Positions 9,224-20,700 are shown, counted from the stretch's first letter. The stretch: DNA of 64,000 nt from an uncultured Acidobacteriota bacterium (GCA_963804995.1 CAWDSK010000003.1:160001-224000); one strand, 5' to 3'. Translations and numbers: made by a program. The notes: generated from the sequence alone by a model not told the origin.

Positions 9224-10690
9224 ATGCAAAAACCAATAACGCTGGGCGAGCTGAAGAAGTCTCCGTATCGAAGTGTCAGTATCAAGGATGAGATGCGCGC
9301 GAATCTCCTCCGCAAACTCGCGGCGGGAGAAACCATCTTCCCCGGTATCATCGGGTTCGACGATACGGTCACTCCGCAAATCGTCAACGCCATCCTCTCG
9401 AAACACAATTTTATCTTGCTGGGGCTGCGGGGCCAGGCCAAGAGCCGGATTCTGCGCTCGCTGGTTGCCTTGCTCGATGAAGCGGTGCCCATCGTCGCGG
9501 GTTGCGAAATCAACGACGACCCGCTTAAGCCCATCTGCCGAGCCTGCCACGAACGCCTGCAGGAGTTAGGGGATGCGACGCCGATCGATTACCTTCCGCC
9601 TGACCAGCGTTACGTGGAGAAGCTGGCGACACCGGACGTGACGATTGCCGATATCATCGGCGACCTTGATCCCATCAAGGCGGCGCGGGGCGGGCACACG
9701 TTGGCCAGCGAACTAACGATTCATTACGGCTTGCTGCCTCGGGCCAACCGCGGCATCTTCGCCATCAACGAATTGCCTGATTTGGCGGGCAAAATTCAGG
9801 TGGGCCTCTTCAACATCATGCAGGAGGGCGACGTCCAGATCAAAGGCTATCCGGTGCGCCTGCCGCTCGATGTCGCATTGGTCTTCACTGCCAATCCGGA
9901 GGACTACACGGCGCGCGGCAAGATCATAACTCCCCTCAAGGATCGCATCGGCTCCGAAATCCGCACCCACTATCCCGCCACGCTCGAGCAGGGAATCGAA
10001 ATCACCACGCAGGAAGCCTGGACTGACCGCAACGGAGAAAAGCCGCTGGTGATTCCGCAGTTCATGCGGGAAGTCATCGAAGCGATTGCCTTTGAAGCGC
10101 GCGCCGATAAGCGCGTCGACAAACGCAGCGGCGTCAGCCAGCGTATGCCCATTACCTGCCTGGAAAATGCGGTCAGCAGCGCTGAGTACCGCGCCCTTAA
10201 GAATCGTGAGACAAAAGCCGTTCCGCGGCCTTCTGACATTTACGCTGCCCTGCCCTCTCTTACCGGCAAGCTGGAACTTGAATATGAGGGCGAACTTCGG
10301 GGACCTGACACCGTGGCGCGGGAAATCATTCGCCAGGCGATGGCCAAAGTATTCAAAAGGTACTTCGACAATGTTCCTCTCCACTCCGTTGTGCAATGGT
10401 TCGAGCTTGGGGGAGCATTGAAGTATTCACCCCAATCCTCCTCCGAGGATCTTTTCCAGCAATTCAAGAAAATCCAAGGACTGCTTGAGAAGACCCAGAG
10501 TTTGGGCCTAAAAGCCAAGGATGACCCTTGCCTGCTGACCTCGGGTGCGGAGTTTATTCTGGAAGGACTGTACGCGCTGAAACGCATCAGCCGCAACGAG
10601 GAATTGGGTTACCACACGGAACATCGTGCACCCGAGAAATCTGACGAGGAGCCCACCCCGTTGAGTCCGCGACGCCGTCCTTTGAATTGA
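9224..10690 (+). CDS. AAA+ ATPase (MoxR/Mg-chelatase-related)
   Basis: Variant Walker A GLRGQAKS, Walker B FAINE, TANPEDY, PLKDR. Confidence 0.85.
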   Translation: MQKPITLGELKKSPYRSVSIKDEMRANLLRKLAAGETIFPGIIGFDDTVTPQIVNAILSKHNFILLGLRGQAKSRILRSLVALLDEAVPIVAGCEINDDPLKPICRACHERLQELGDATPIDYLPPDQRYVEKLATPDVTIADIIGDLDPIKAARGGHTLASELTIHYGLLPRANRGIFAINELPDLAGKIQVGLFNIMQEGDVQIKGYPVRLPLDVALVFTANPEDYTARGKIITPLKDRIGSEIRTHYPATLEQGIEITTQEAWTDRNGEKPLVIPQFMREVIEAIAFEARADKRVDKRSGVSQRMPITCLENAVSSAEYRALKNRETKAVPRPSDIYAALPSLTGKLELEYEGELRGPDTVAREIIRQAMAKVFKRYFDNVPLHSVVQWFELGGALKYSPQSSSEDLFQQFKKIQGLLEKTQSLGLKAKDDPCLLTSGAEFILEGLYALKRISRNEELGYHTEHRAPEKSDEEPTPLSPRRRPLN

Positions 10691-10765
10691 GGCGCCCGGG
10701 ACCCGGCGTGAGATAAGGACGAAACTCGCTAACCGTCCGGCGATTTTCGATCTTCGAGTTTCGGT

Positions 10766-12022
10766 ATGAAATACGTCAAGTACTCCAAATACGTTGCCGA
10801 CCTCTTCGATGATTTGAGCGCGGAAGATCTGCTTCAAATGCTGCAGGACTTCCTTCTCGACAGTGGATTCTACGAACAGTTTCAGAGCATCTATGAGATG
10901 GACCCCGAGCGGACCATGGAGCAGCTCCACCAGGCATTGCTGGAGGCCCTGCGCGAACAGGGAAAGATCCCTGACGAGCTTCTGCAACAAATGCTGCAAA
11001 ACTGGGAGGATTATCAGAAGTCCGAGTTGGCGGAGAAGATCAATAAGCTGCTTGAGCGCCTTGCCGAAGAGGGTTACGTCACCATTGAACCGCCCAATCC
11101 CAGCCAGGGAGAATTGATGGAGCGAGCCAATCAGGGCATGGCCGGGCCCGAAGGTAAGGCCAAGTTTGAAGTCACCGACAAGGCGCTGGATTTTCTCGGG
11201 TTCAAAACCCTGCGGGACTTGATGGGTTCACTCGGCAAGTCCAGCCTGGGCCGGCATGATACGCGCGAACTCGCCACGGGGGTCGAGTCCGAAGGCTCCA
11301 GCCGCCGTTACGAGTTTGGCGATACCATGAACCTGGACGTCAACGCGACCCTGCTCTCAGCGATTCAACGCAATGGGCTGCAAGTCCCACTTGACCTCGA
11401 TTACCAGGACTTGCAGGTCCACCAGTGCGAATATCAGAGCTCTTGCGCGACTGTCTTGATGCTGGATTGCAGCCACAGCATGATCCTGTACGGTGAGGAC
11501 CGCTTTACACCCGCCAAGAAAGTTGCGCTCGCCTTAAAGCACCTGATCCAAACCCAGTACCCTGGCGACACCTTACACTTGGTGCTCTTCCACGACTCAG
11601 CGGAGGAAATGCCGCTTTCGGAGCTGGCCAGAATTAAAGTGGGCCCCTATTACACGAATACTCGCGAAGGCCTGCGGCTCGCGCAGCGCATCCTTTCACG
11701 GCAGAAGAAAGACATGCGCCAGATCGTGATGATCACCGATGGCAAGCCCTCGGCTCTCACCCTCGAGGACGGCAGGATATACAAGAACGCCTTCGGACTT
11801 GATCCCTTGGTCGTATCTGAGACCCTGCATGAGGTGGCTCGTTGCCGCCGCAACGGTATCCTGATCAATACCTTTATGCTTGCTTCCGACTATGGATTGG
11901 TGAACTTCGTTCAGAAGGTCACGGAAATCTGCCGGGGCAAAGCCTACTTCACCACCCCTTATACCCTTGGGCAATACCTCCTGATGGATTACATGAAAAA
12001 GAAGGTTAAACATATCCATTAG
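10766..12022 (+). CDS. VWA domain protein, partner of the AAA+ ATPase
   Basis: MIDAS DCSHS, TNT, ITDGKP. Confidence 0.85.
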   Translation: MKYVKYSKYVADLFDDLSAEDLLQMLQDFLLDSGFYEQFQSIYEMDPERTMEQLHQALLEALREQGKIPDELLQQMLQNWEDYQKSELAEKINKLLERLAEEGYVTIEPPNPSQGELMERANQGMAGPEGKAKFEVTDKALDFLGFKTLRDLMGSLGKSSLGRHDTRELATGVESEGSSRRYEFGDTMNLDVNATLLSAIQRNGLQVPLDLDYQDLQVHQCEYQSSCATVLMLDCSHSMILYGEDRFTPAKKVALALKHLIQTQYPGDTLHLVLFHDSAEEMPLSELARIKVGPYYTNTREGLRLAQRILSRQKKDMRQIVMITDGKPSALTLEDGRIYKNAFGLDPLVVSETLHEVARCRRNGILINTFMLASDYGLVNFVQKVTEICRGKAYFTTPYTLGQYLLMDYMKKKVKHIH

Positions 12023-12037
12023 CTCGGGAAGAAGCCT

Positions 12038-12547
12038 ATGCCTACGCTGACCGCAGGTAAGACCGCACCAACCTTCCAGCTTGCCACGATAACCGGGGAA
12101 ACACTGTCCTTGCAGGTGGCGCTTGCCAAAGGGCGGGTTCTAGTGGCCTTCTTTAAGGTATCCTGCCCGACCTGCCAATATACGTTCCCGTATTTGGAAC
12201 GCCTCCACCAGCAGTTTCGCGGGCAGGGCGTCCAAATCTGGGGAGTCGTACAGGATAAAGCGCAAGACGCCGAGAAATTTGCGGCAGCCTTGGGAGTGAC
12301 CTTCCCGATCCTGGTCGACGATTACCCTTACAAGACCTCGCGGGAATACAACTTGAAGTATGTTCCCACCCTATTCTTGATCGGGCCTGATGGCCGCGTC
12401 GAGATGTCCAGCGAGGGCTTCTGCAAGTCAGACCTCCTGGCGATGCAGAAATCTTTGGGCCAGGCGCTGTCGATAACACCCTCCCCGCTCTTCCTCCCCT
12501 CGGAAAGAGTCCCCGAATACAAACCTGGCTGAGGGTCGAAAAGCTAG
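12038..12547 (+). CDS. Thioredoxin-fold (TlpA/AhpC-like) redoxin, probable selenoprotein with UGA=Sec at 12530-12532
   Basis: CPTC motif, VPTLFLI cis-Pro loop; ends KPG-TGA-GSKS-TAG; hairpin follows; selC nearby. Ends at 12532 if UGA is a stop. Confidence 0.75.
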
Positions 12548-12567
12548 GCTTGGTTCAAGCCTTTTTC
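12538..12567 (+). promoter_or_regulatory. SECIS-like hairpin (may also be a terminator)
   Basis: AGGCTT-GGTTC-AAGCCT, extendable by GAAAA/TTTTC; G-leading loop about 20 nt after the UGA. Confidence 0.55.
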
Positions 12568-12623
12568 ACAAAAGACGCGGATGGGGAATAGGGGCGGGTA
12601 CGGTGCGTGCTGCATCGCAATGA

Positions 12624-12788
12624 CTATGGAATCTCTACGTCCGCCAGTCCCTCGCGCTTTTTATGTTTGGGTTGCTTCTTGCGACGGTCCTGGTGACGTT
12701 GCACCGGGGGCGGAGATCCCACCTGTGCTCGTGCCAGTCGCTTGACTTCCTTCGTAGCCTGGAAACGCTTGCGCTTTGCTGGTTTCAT
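12624..12788 (-). CDS. Small basic hypothetical protein
   Basis: 54 aa MKPAKRKRFQATKEVKRLARAQVGSPPP..., directly downstream of selC. Confidence 0.6.
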   Translation of the reverse strand: MKPAKRKRFQATKEVKRLARAQVGSPPPVQRHQDRRKKQPKHKKREGLADVEIP

Positions 12789-12825
12789 TGTTCTAGAAAG
12801 AAGGCAAATCTCGGGCGCAAAAAAT

Positions 12826-12920
12826 TGGCGGAAGTGTGTCGGAATCGAACCGACCGGTCCACCAAAGGCAGACCCACAGGATTTGAAGTCCCGGACGGAC
12901 ACCAGCCCGCATGCACTTCC
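12826..12920 (-). tRNA. selC: tRNA-Sec (UCA)
   Basis: 95 nt; GGAAGTG 5' end, GGAC-TTCAAA-TCC anticodon arm, long variable arm, GGTTCGATTCC T-loop, CACTTCCGCCA 3' end. Confidence 0.96.
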
Positions 12921-12988
12921 GCCTTGATTTTAGGCGACTCGAATCTCAGCGTCAACTTCGGGGCGCCGGTGGTAGTGGTACAGTTTGG

Positions 12989-13060
12989 TGTAGAGGGGGC
13001 GGCATTCATCCCGATCTTATTGGGGACTCCGCCATATGGCGAGGTAAACTCGCCGCTACG
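12989..13060. repeat. GTAG-headed REP-like element
   Basis: Near-identical copy at about 58806-58875. Confidence 0.8.
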
Positions 13061-13089
13061 AGATCAATCTCAACCACCACGCCGGCGCG

Positions 13090-14610
13090 CTATTTGGAAC
13101 TCACCAGCTCCTTGGTGGTGGGAAGTTTCGAGGTATCCCATCCCCCGCCCAGGGCTTCGATCAGAAGGACGCTGGCGCTCATGCGGCGAGTCAGGATGTT
13201 CAGCGCTTGCACCTGGTCTTGCAGAAGAATGGCTTGCTCGGTGATGACGCTTAGGTAGTTCACGGTGCCGGCCTTGTACTGATAAGTGGAAATATCCAGC
13301 GAACTCTGAGCTGCCGCCACGGCCTCGTTCTCAGCTTGCGCTTCTTTCTCCAGGACGCGCAACGCCGCCAGACTATCCTCAACCTGCTGGAAACCTACCA
13401 GAACGGTCTGGCGATAATTTGCCACCGTCGCGTCATAGGCCGCCAGCGACTGATTAACAGCGGCGCGGCGCTTGCCCGCATCGAAGATGGTTTCCGCCAA
13501 CTCGGGGCCCACGGACCAGGCACGGCTTGGCCAGGAGATCCACTTCAAAAAGTCGGCGCTTCCAAGACCCACCCCGGTGCCGTTGGCGAGGGTGAGGTTT
13601 GGGTAATAGGCCGCTTTGGCGATGCCGATTTGCTCGTTGGCCTGGGCCATTTGCCGTTCGGCAGCGGCGATATCAGGACGTCGTTCCAGCAGTGTGGAAG
13701 GAACCCCCACCGGCACAGGCGGGGGTGTGATCTTGATGGCACTGTAAGAAATGGAAAGTTCCGCGGGAGGCTTGCCCGTCAGGACGGCGATGGCGTGCTC
13801 ATACTGCGCCCGCGCCACATCATAATCGATCAACTGGGCCCGCGCCGTGTTCAATTGGGTCTGCGCTTGAGCCACGTCCGCGCCCGACGCCACACCATTG
13901 GCAAACCTGTCCTGCGTGAGCTTGAGGTAATCCTGATAGGACTTCACGGTAGTTTCAAGCAATTGCTTTTCGCCATCCGTGCCCCGCAACTCGAAGTAAT
14001 CTTGCGCAAGTTCCGCCTGGTAAGACAGTCGCGCGTTCTCCAGTTGGGCGTCACTGGCTTGAGCAGCCTCGGCGCTCGCCTGAATACTGTGCCGGATACT
14101 CCCCCAGATATCGGCTTGATACGACACATCCACCGGAAGTTCGAAGGTGTTATACGCCTTTCCGTTATTGGTACCAGACGTTCGCGAGTTCACGATGGAA
14201 GGAGCGGCGGAAACGGTGGGGTACAGGTTCGAGCGCGAAATCCGCACGGCGAATTTGGCCTCGCGAAATTGCGCTTCCGCCGCGATGAGATTCTGGTTGG
14301 AGACACTCACCTGCTCTTCCAGGGCATTGAGCTCCGGATCGTTGTAGATTTCCCACCATTTGCCACGCGCCAGGGCGTCACTGGGTTGGGCAGCCTTCCA
14401 CTCCGGCATGTCGGGGGAATTATCCGGAGGAAATTCCTTATAGGCGGAGGGAACCGGCGCCGGTGGGCGCTTGTAATCCGGACCCACGCGGCAGGAAGAT
14501 GCGAACAGGAGCGTTCCTGCTGCCACCAGGAAAATGAGATTATGCAGGGGTGTCCCGCCCAGCTTATTTGAACCAGCGGGTTGGGCGGCCTTCGGAAGTT
14601 TCGATGGCAT
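13090..14610 (-). CDS. RND efflux outer membrane lipoprotein (NodT/OprM family)
   Basis: Lipobox ASSC-RVGPDY, WWEIYNDPEL, LLERRPDIAAAER, ALGGGW. Confidence 0.92.
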   Translation of the reverse strand: MPSKLPKAAQPAGSNKLGGTPLHNLIFLVAAGTLLFASSCRVGPDYKRPPAPVPSAYKEFPPDNSPDMPEWKAAQPSDALARGKWWEIYNDPELNALEEQVSVSNQNLIAAEAQFREAKFAVRISRSNLYPTVSAAPSIVNSRTSGTNNGKAYNTFELPVDVSYQADIWGSIRHSIQASAEAAQASDAQLENARLSYQAELAQDYFELRGTDGEKQLLETTVKSYQDYLKLTQDRFANGVASGADVAQAQTQLNTARAQLIDYDVARAQYEHAIAVLTGKPPAELSISYSAIKITPPPVPVGVPSTLLERRPDIAAAERQMAQANEQIGIAKAAYYPNLTLANGTGVGLGSADFLKWISWPSRAWSVGPELAETIFDAGKRRAAVNQSLAAYDATVANYRQTVLVGFQQVEDSLAALRVLEKEAQAENEAVAAAQSSLDISTYQYKAGTVNYLSVITEQAILLQDQVQALNILTRRMSASVLLIEALGGGWDTSKLPTTKELVSSK

Positions 14611-14627
14611 GGTCTAATTTCTCAATC

Positions 14628-17600
14628 CTACATCTCCGGGGCTAGACGGCGTGCCTCATGAGGATCCTTCCCTTGGATCCTGTACCACCAGTATTGCAGC
14701 CTGTCGAAATAGAGATATACGACCGGAGTCGTGTACAAAGTCAGCAACTGGCTTACCAGCAAACCACCGATGATGGCGATACCGAGCGGACGGCGAAACT
14801 CCGAGCCGGTACCGGTGCCAAGCGCCAGCGGCAGGGCGCCCAGCATCGCGGCCATGGTAGTCATCAGGATGGGGCGGAAGCGCAATAAGCACGCCTCATA
14901 GATGGAATCGCGCGAACTCTTGCCTTCGTTGCGCTCGGCGGCCAGAGCAAAATCAATCATCAGGATGGCATTCTTCTTCACGATTCCGATCAGGAGAATG
15001 ATACCGATGATGGCGATCACCGTGAGGTCGGTCCGTGTGAGCATGAGCGCCAGCAGTGCACCCACCCCGGCGGAAGGAAGCGTAGAAAGAATCGTGATGG
15101 GGTGAATGTAACTTTCGTACAGGACACCAAGCACGAGATAAACCGAAACGAGCGCTGCCGCGATCAGGAGAGGCTCACTCCCCAGCGAATCCTGGTAGGC
15201 TTGGGCCGTTCCGGAAAACCCCGTACGGACGGTAGGTGGAAGACCGATTTTGGAGGCGGCAGCGTTGATGGCATCGACAGCATCTCCGAGCGCCACCCCG
15301 GGCTGAAGGTTAAAAGAAACCGTGACAGCGGGAAAAAGGCCCTGGTGGTTTACAGAGAGAGGAGCAGTGATGGAGTTATAACGTGTAAAGGCGCTCAGGG
15401 GAACCTGTTGCCCGCTCGGAGAGCGCACGTAGAGTTGGCGCAGGGTGAGCGGATTCTGCCAATATTCGGGCGCCGTCTCCATAACCACATGGTATTGATT
15501 CAGCGGGGTGTACATGGTTGAGACCTGCCGCTGGCCGAAGGCATCGTAGAGCGTGTTGTCAATCAACTGGGGCGAAATGCCGAAGCGCGCGGCGGTGGCA
15601 CGATCATACTTCAGATAAGCCTGCAGCCCACGGTCCTGCTGGTCGCTGTTCACGTCCGCGATCAGACGGATGCCCCGCAACTCGTTTAACATCCGGGGAG
15701 CAAAATCCTGGAGGTCCTGGAGATTGTCGCCACTCATGGTGTACTGATACTGGGCGGCGCCAAACCGCCCCCCCACGCGCACATCCTGCGATGCCTGCAT
15801 GTAGAGTGCAGCGCCTGGCACCCGGGCCAGCTTGGGGCGGAGCCTCGCGATGATAAGATCGGCACTGACCTTTCTCTCCGCGAGCGGCTTCAGGGAGATG
15901 AACATCTGCGCGCTGTTCTGGGAGCCGCCCCCGCGACCACCTCCCCCCGTGAACCCATTGACGGTATCGACGGCCGGGTCGGCGTCCACGATGTCGATCA
16001 TCTGCCGCAAAATCCCGTCCATGGCTTGAAACGAGGTGTCCTGGTCAGCTTGAATCGCGCCCATGATTCGTCCGTTGTCCTGCTGGGGAAAGAATCCTTT
16101 GGACACGTGGATGTAGAGATAGATGTTCAGCGCAATGGTTGCCAGCAGCACCGCCAGGGTGATGGCCGGGAATGCCAACACTTTGGATAAGGTTCTCCCG
16201 TAAGCCCTCACCACTGCGTTGAAAGCTCGCTCCGAAGCGAGGTAGAGCCAACCATGGGACTCGTGTTCCTGCAGAAGATGAGCGCACATGGCAGGGGTGG
16301 CGGTGAGCGAGACCACCATCGATACCATAATGGCGACGGAGAGCGTTACTGAAAACTCGCGAAACAGGCGGCCCACCACGCCTCCCATCAGCAGCAGCGG
16401 GATGAACACCGCTACCAGCGAGATGCTGATGGTGAGGACGGTAAAACCAATTTCCCGCGCGCCGGTGAGCGCTGCTTGGAAAGGTTTCATGCCCTTTTCG
16501 AGATAGCGCGTGATGTTTTCAATCACCACAATCGCATCGTCAACCACAAAGCCTGTCGAGATACAGAGCGCCATCAAGGAAAGATTGTCCAGGCTGTAGC
16601 CCAGCAGATACATGACTCCGAAGGTTCCCACTAATGACACGGGAACCGCCACGCTCGGGATGAAGGTGGTCCGGGCGCTGCGCAGAAAAACAAAAACCAC
16701 CACGATAACCAGGAGCACGGAGATCAGCAGGGTTCTTTCCACATCGTGCACGGAGGCACGGATAGTGACGGTCTGATCCATGGCCACGCGCATATCGATG
16801 GTGGGTGGGATGTCCGCCTTAAGCTGGGGAAGCAGGGCACGGACGTTGTCGACGGTGTCGATAATGTTGGCCCCGGGCTGACGGAAGAGGATGAGTAGAA
16901 CGGAGGGCTTGCCGTTGGCATAGCCCGAGGCCATGATGTTCTCCGGCGCGTCCCGCGCCTCACCGATGTCCGAGATCCGAACGGCAGACCCCTTCCGGTA
17001 AGCCACGATCAGCGGCATGTAGTCAACCGCCTGGAAGAGCTGGTCGTTGGCGCCCACCTCCCACATGCGGTAACCATCCGAAAAGTGCCCCTTGGGGGTG
17101 TTGGCATTTGAGCCACTCAGGACGGTCCGGACCTGCTCGATCCCGATGCCGTATTTGTCCAGCTTGGCGGGATTCAGTTCGATTCGAACCCCCGGCAGGG
17201 CGCCTCCGCCCACGATCACCTGGCCTATCCCGCTCACCTGCGAAAGCTTCTGCGCCATGATCGTAGAAGCCGCGTCGTACATCCGGCTCTTACTGAGCAC
17301 GTCAGAAGTGAGCGCGATCATGAAAATGGGAGAATCGGCCGGATTCACCTTCCGGTAGGTGGGGTTATTGGGAAGGTTCGTGGGCAGGTAGCCCCGGGCA
17401 GCGTTGATGGCAGCCTGCACATCGCGGGCTGCTGCGTCAATGTTCCGGTTCAAGTCGAATTGCAAGGTTACGCTGGATGATCCCAGGGCACTGGAAGAAG
17501 TCATCTCCGTAACCGCCGCGATGCGGGAGAACTGACGCTCCAGGGGTGTTGCCACGGCGGAGGCCATGGTCTCAGGGCTGGCCCCTGGCAACCCGGCCCC

Positions 17601-17741
17601 CACCGAAATCGTCGGAAAATCCACTTGGGGCAGGGGTGAAACAGGGAGAAGGCGGAAGGCTACGGATCCGGCCAGGGCAATGGCGATGACCAGCAGCGTC
17701 GTAGCAATCGGTCTGTGGATGAACGGCTCGGAGATGCTCAT
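14628..17741 (-). CDS. mdtC: RND transporter permease
   Basis: [45 protein letters not shown]. Confidence 0.9.
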   Translation of the reverse strand: MSISEPFIHRPIATTLLVIAIALAGSVAFRLLPVSPLPQVDFPTISVGAGLPGASPETMASAVATPLERQFSRIAAVTEMTSSSALGSSSVTLQFDLNRNIDAAARDVQAAINAARGYLPTNLPNNPTYRKVNPADSPIFMIALTSDVLSKSRMYDAASTIMAQKLSQVSGIGQVIVGGGALPGVRIELNPAKLDKYGIGIEQVRTVLSGSNANTPKGHFSDGYRMWEVGANDQLFQAVDYMPLIVAYRKGSAVRISDIGEARDAPENIMASGYANGKPSVLLILFRQPGANIIDTVDNVRALLPQLKADIPPTIDMRVAMDQTVTIRASVHDVERTLLISVLLVIVVVFVFLRSARTTFIPSVAVPVSLVGTFGVMYLLGYSLDNLSLMALCISTGFVVDDAIVVIENITRYLEKGMKPFQAALTGAREIGFTVLTISISLVAVFIPLLLMGGVVGRLFREFSVTLSVAIMVSMVVSLTATPAMCAHLLQEHESHGWLYLASERAFNAVVRAYGRTLSKVLAFPAITLAVLLATIALNIYLYIHVSKGFFPQQDNGRIMGAIQADQDTSFQAMDGILRQMIDIVDADPAVDTVNGFTGGGGRGGGSQNSAQMFISLKPLAERKVSADLIIARLRPKLARVPGAALYMQASQDVRVGGRFGAAQYQYTMSGDNLQDLQDFAPRMLNELRGIRLIADVNSDQQDRGLQAYLKYDRATAARFGISPQLIDNTLYDAFGQRQVSTMYTPLNQYHVVMETAPEYWQNPLTLRQLYVRSPSGQQVPLSAFTRYNSITAPLSVNHQGLFPAVTVSFNLQPGVALGDAVDAINAAASKIGLPPTVRTGFSGTAQAYQDSLGSEPLLIAAALVSVYLVLGVLYESYIHPITILSTLPSAGVGALLALMLTRTDLTVIAIIGIILLIGIVKKNAILMIDFALAAERNEGKSSRDSIYEACLLRFRPILMTTMAAMLGALPLALGTGTGSEFRRPLGIAIIGGLLVSQLLTLYTTPVVYLYFDRLQYWWYRIQGKDPHEARRLAPEM

Positions 17742-17744
17742 GAA

Positions 17745-20700
17745 TTATTCCGCCGGAGCAGGCTCTGCACCAGGCAGGGCCACATGCTCGCCGGAGAACC
17801 GTTTGGCCAGACGATCGAACCAGAGATAGATGACCGGAGTGGTATAGAGCGTCAACATCTGGCTGAAAATCAGGCCCCCGACGATACTGATGCCCAAAGG
17901 CCGGCGGAGCTCCGACCCGGTGCCGGTACCCAGCGCCAGGGGAACACCACCCAGCAGCGCCGCCATGGTGGTCATGATGATCGGCCGAAAACGCAGCAGG
18001 CAAGCCTGGTAGATGGCGTTGATCGGCGTCAAGCCTTCCTTTCGTTCCGCTTCCAGGGCAAAATCGATCATCATGATGGCGTTTTTCTGTACAATGCCAA
18101 TCAACAGCACCAGGCCAATCAAGGCAATAACACTGAAATCGTTGCGGGTAAGCCAAAGGGCCAGCAGTGCCCCTACGCCCGCGGAGGGCAGCGTGGAAAG
18201 AATGGTTATGGGGTGAATATAGCTTTCATACAAAACCCCCAGAATGATATAGACCGTAACCACCGCGGCCAGAATCAGCCAGAGCTCATCCGCCAACGAG
18301 GCTTGGAAGGCCTGGGCCATGCCCTGGAACGACGGCTGGATACTCGCCGGCAGGCCCAGAGCCGGATCATCTTTCACCCGATTGACGGCCTTGACGGCGT
18401 CGCCCAAGGAAGCATCTTGTGCCAGGTTGAAGGAGAGCGTGACCACGGGAAACTGGCCTTGATGATTGACGGTAATCGGCACATTGATCGGCACGACATG
18501 GGTAAAAGCCGCCAAGGGCACTTGATTACCGGTTAGAAACACACCTGTTGAGGAGATCGATTTCCCTCCGAAGGCATTGTTCGAAGAGATCGAACTCAAG
18601 CTGCTGAGTGAGGAGGTGGTTGTAGACAGGCTGGCACTCGCCACGCTGGCCGAGCTGGAGGGTCCAAAGATCTGACTCGTCGCCGTCCCGCCTGCCACCA
18701 GTCCCGTGGCACCGCTGGGGGCTCCCGTCCCCGTCCTGATGTACAGGTCGCGCAGATCCAAGGGGTTCTGCTGAAAGTTGTTTTTCACTTCCAGGACCAC
18801 GTGGTATTGATTCAATTGGGTGAAGATCGTCGAAACTTCCCGCTGGCCATACGCATCATAGAGCGTCTGGTCAATAGCGGAGGGCGTGATCCCCAGGCGA
18901 TAAGCGGTTTCACGATCAAAGACCACTTGGGCGCGCAGGCCCTGGTCCTGCTGGTCGCTCGCCACGTTGCGCAGCTCGGGCTGCTTCCTCAACTCCTCCA
19001 CCATTTTGGGCGCGAACGCATTCAGCTCATCGACGTTGGGATCTTCGAGGGTGTACTGAAACTGCGTACGGCTCACCCGGTCCTCAACGGTTATATCCTG
19101 CACCGGTTGCATGAACAGGGTGATTCCTGCCACTTTGGCTAATTCCGGCTGCAAGCGCCGAATGACATCGCTGGCACTGACTTTGCGTTCGGAGAGTGCT
19201 TTCAGATTGATGAGTATGCGCCCGCTATTCAGTGTGGTGTTCGTGCCGTCGATTCCGATAAAAGAGGAGAGGTTATCCACGGCCGGATCTTGCAGAATGA
19301 CATTCGCCAGCGCCTGCTGTTCCCTGGACATCTCAGGGAAGGAAACGGTCTGCGCCGATTCCGAAACACCCTGAATGACCCCGGTATCCTGAATCGGAAA
19401 AAAACCTTTGGGGATATAAATGTAAAACAGCGCGGTGCAAGCCAGGGTGGCAATGGCCACGAGCAGAGTCGTGGTCTGATGGCGTAACACCACTTGGAGG
19501 GTGCGGTCATACAGTGCCAGCAACCCGTTCCACCCTGCCTCAATCGTGCGGTACAACCTCCCTTGCTCAGCAGCGGTATGGTGCCGCAAGAGTTTGGAGC
19601 ACATCATGGGCGTCAGGGTCAGCGAAACGATACAGGAAACCAGGATGGTCACCGCCAAGGTAACGGCAAATTCCCGGAAGAGGCGCCCGACAATGTCCCC
19701 CATGAACAACAAAGGGATGAGGCCGGCAATCAGGGAGATGGTCAGCGAAACAATGGTGAAACCTATCTGCTCCGATCCTTTGAGCGCGGCTCGCAGCGGC
19801 GCATCGCCCTCCTCGATGTAGCGCATGATGTTCTCAATCATCACGATCGCATCATCGACCACGAAACCCGTCGAAATGGTCAAGGCCATCAGGCTCAAAT
19901 TGTTCAAGCTATAGCCGAGCATGTACATGACGCCGAAAGTCCCCACCAGGGACAAGGGAACAGCAACACTGGGTATCACGGTGGCAGCCAGGTTGCGCAA
20001 GAACAGGAAGATCACCATCACCACCAGCGCAATCGCCAGGAGAAGCGAGAATTGCACATCGGTAACCGAGGCCCGGATCGTGTTGGTCCGGTCGGTCAGA
20101 ATGCTGACCTTGACGGAGGAGGGCATGGTGCTGGTGAGCTGGGGAAGAAGCAACTTGATGCGGTCGGCAACCGAGATGATATTCGCGCCCGGCTGCCGCT
20201 TGATGTTGACGATTACGGCAGGAACGTCGTTCATCCAGGCCGCTTGGCGAAGGTTCTCGGCGTCGTCGGAAATTTCCGCAACATCCGTTAATTTCACCGG
20301 GGAGCCGTTCCGGTAAGCAATGACCAACGGAGCGTAATCGGCGCTGGAGAGAAGCTGGTCGTTGGCGCCAATCTGGTAGGACTGCCGCGGCCCATCAAAG
20401 TTGCCCTTCGCCAGGTTAACATTGGCTGCCACGATGGTGCTGCGCAAATCCTCCAGGTTGAGCCCGAAGGCTGCCAGCGCCGTGGGATTGGCACGGATGC
20501 GGACCGAGGGTTTCTGGCCACCGCTGATGCTGACCAGCCCGACTCCCGGCAACTGTGAAATCTTCGGAGCCAGCCGCGTGTCGGCAAGGTCTTCGACTTT
20601 GGTGAGCGGAAGATTCTTGGAAGTCAGGGCCAGGGTCAGAATAGGAGCGTCGGCAGGATTGCTTTTGCTATAGATGGGTGGCGTCGGAAGGTCAGGGGGA

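Noticed and set aside
12600..12830. Genomic island integrated at selC
   Set aside because: No integrase and no duplicated tRNA 3' end seen in the window
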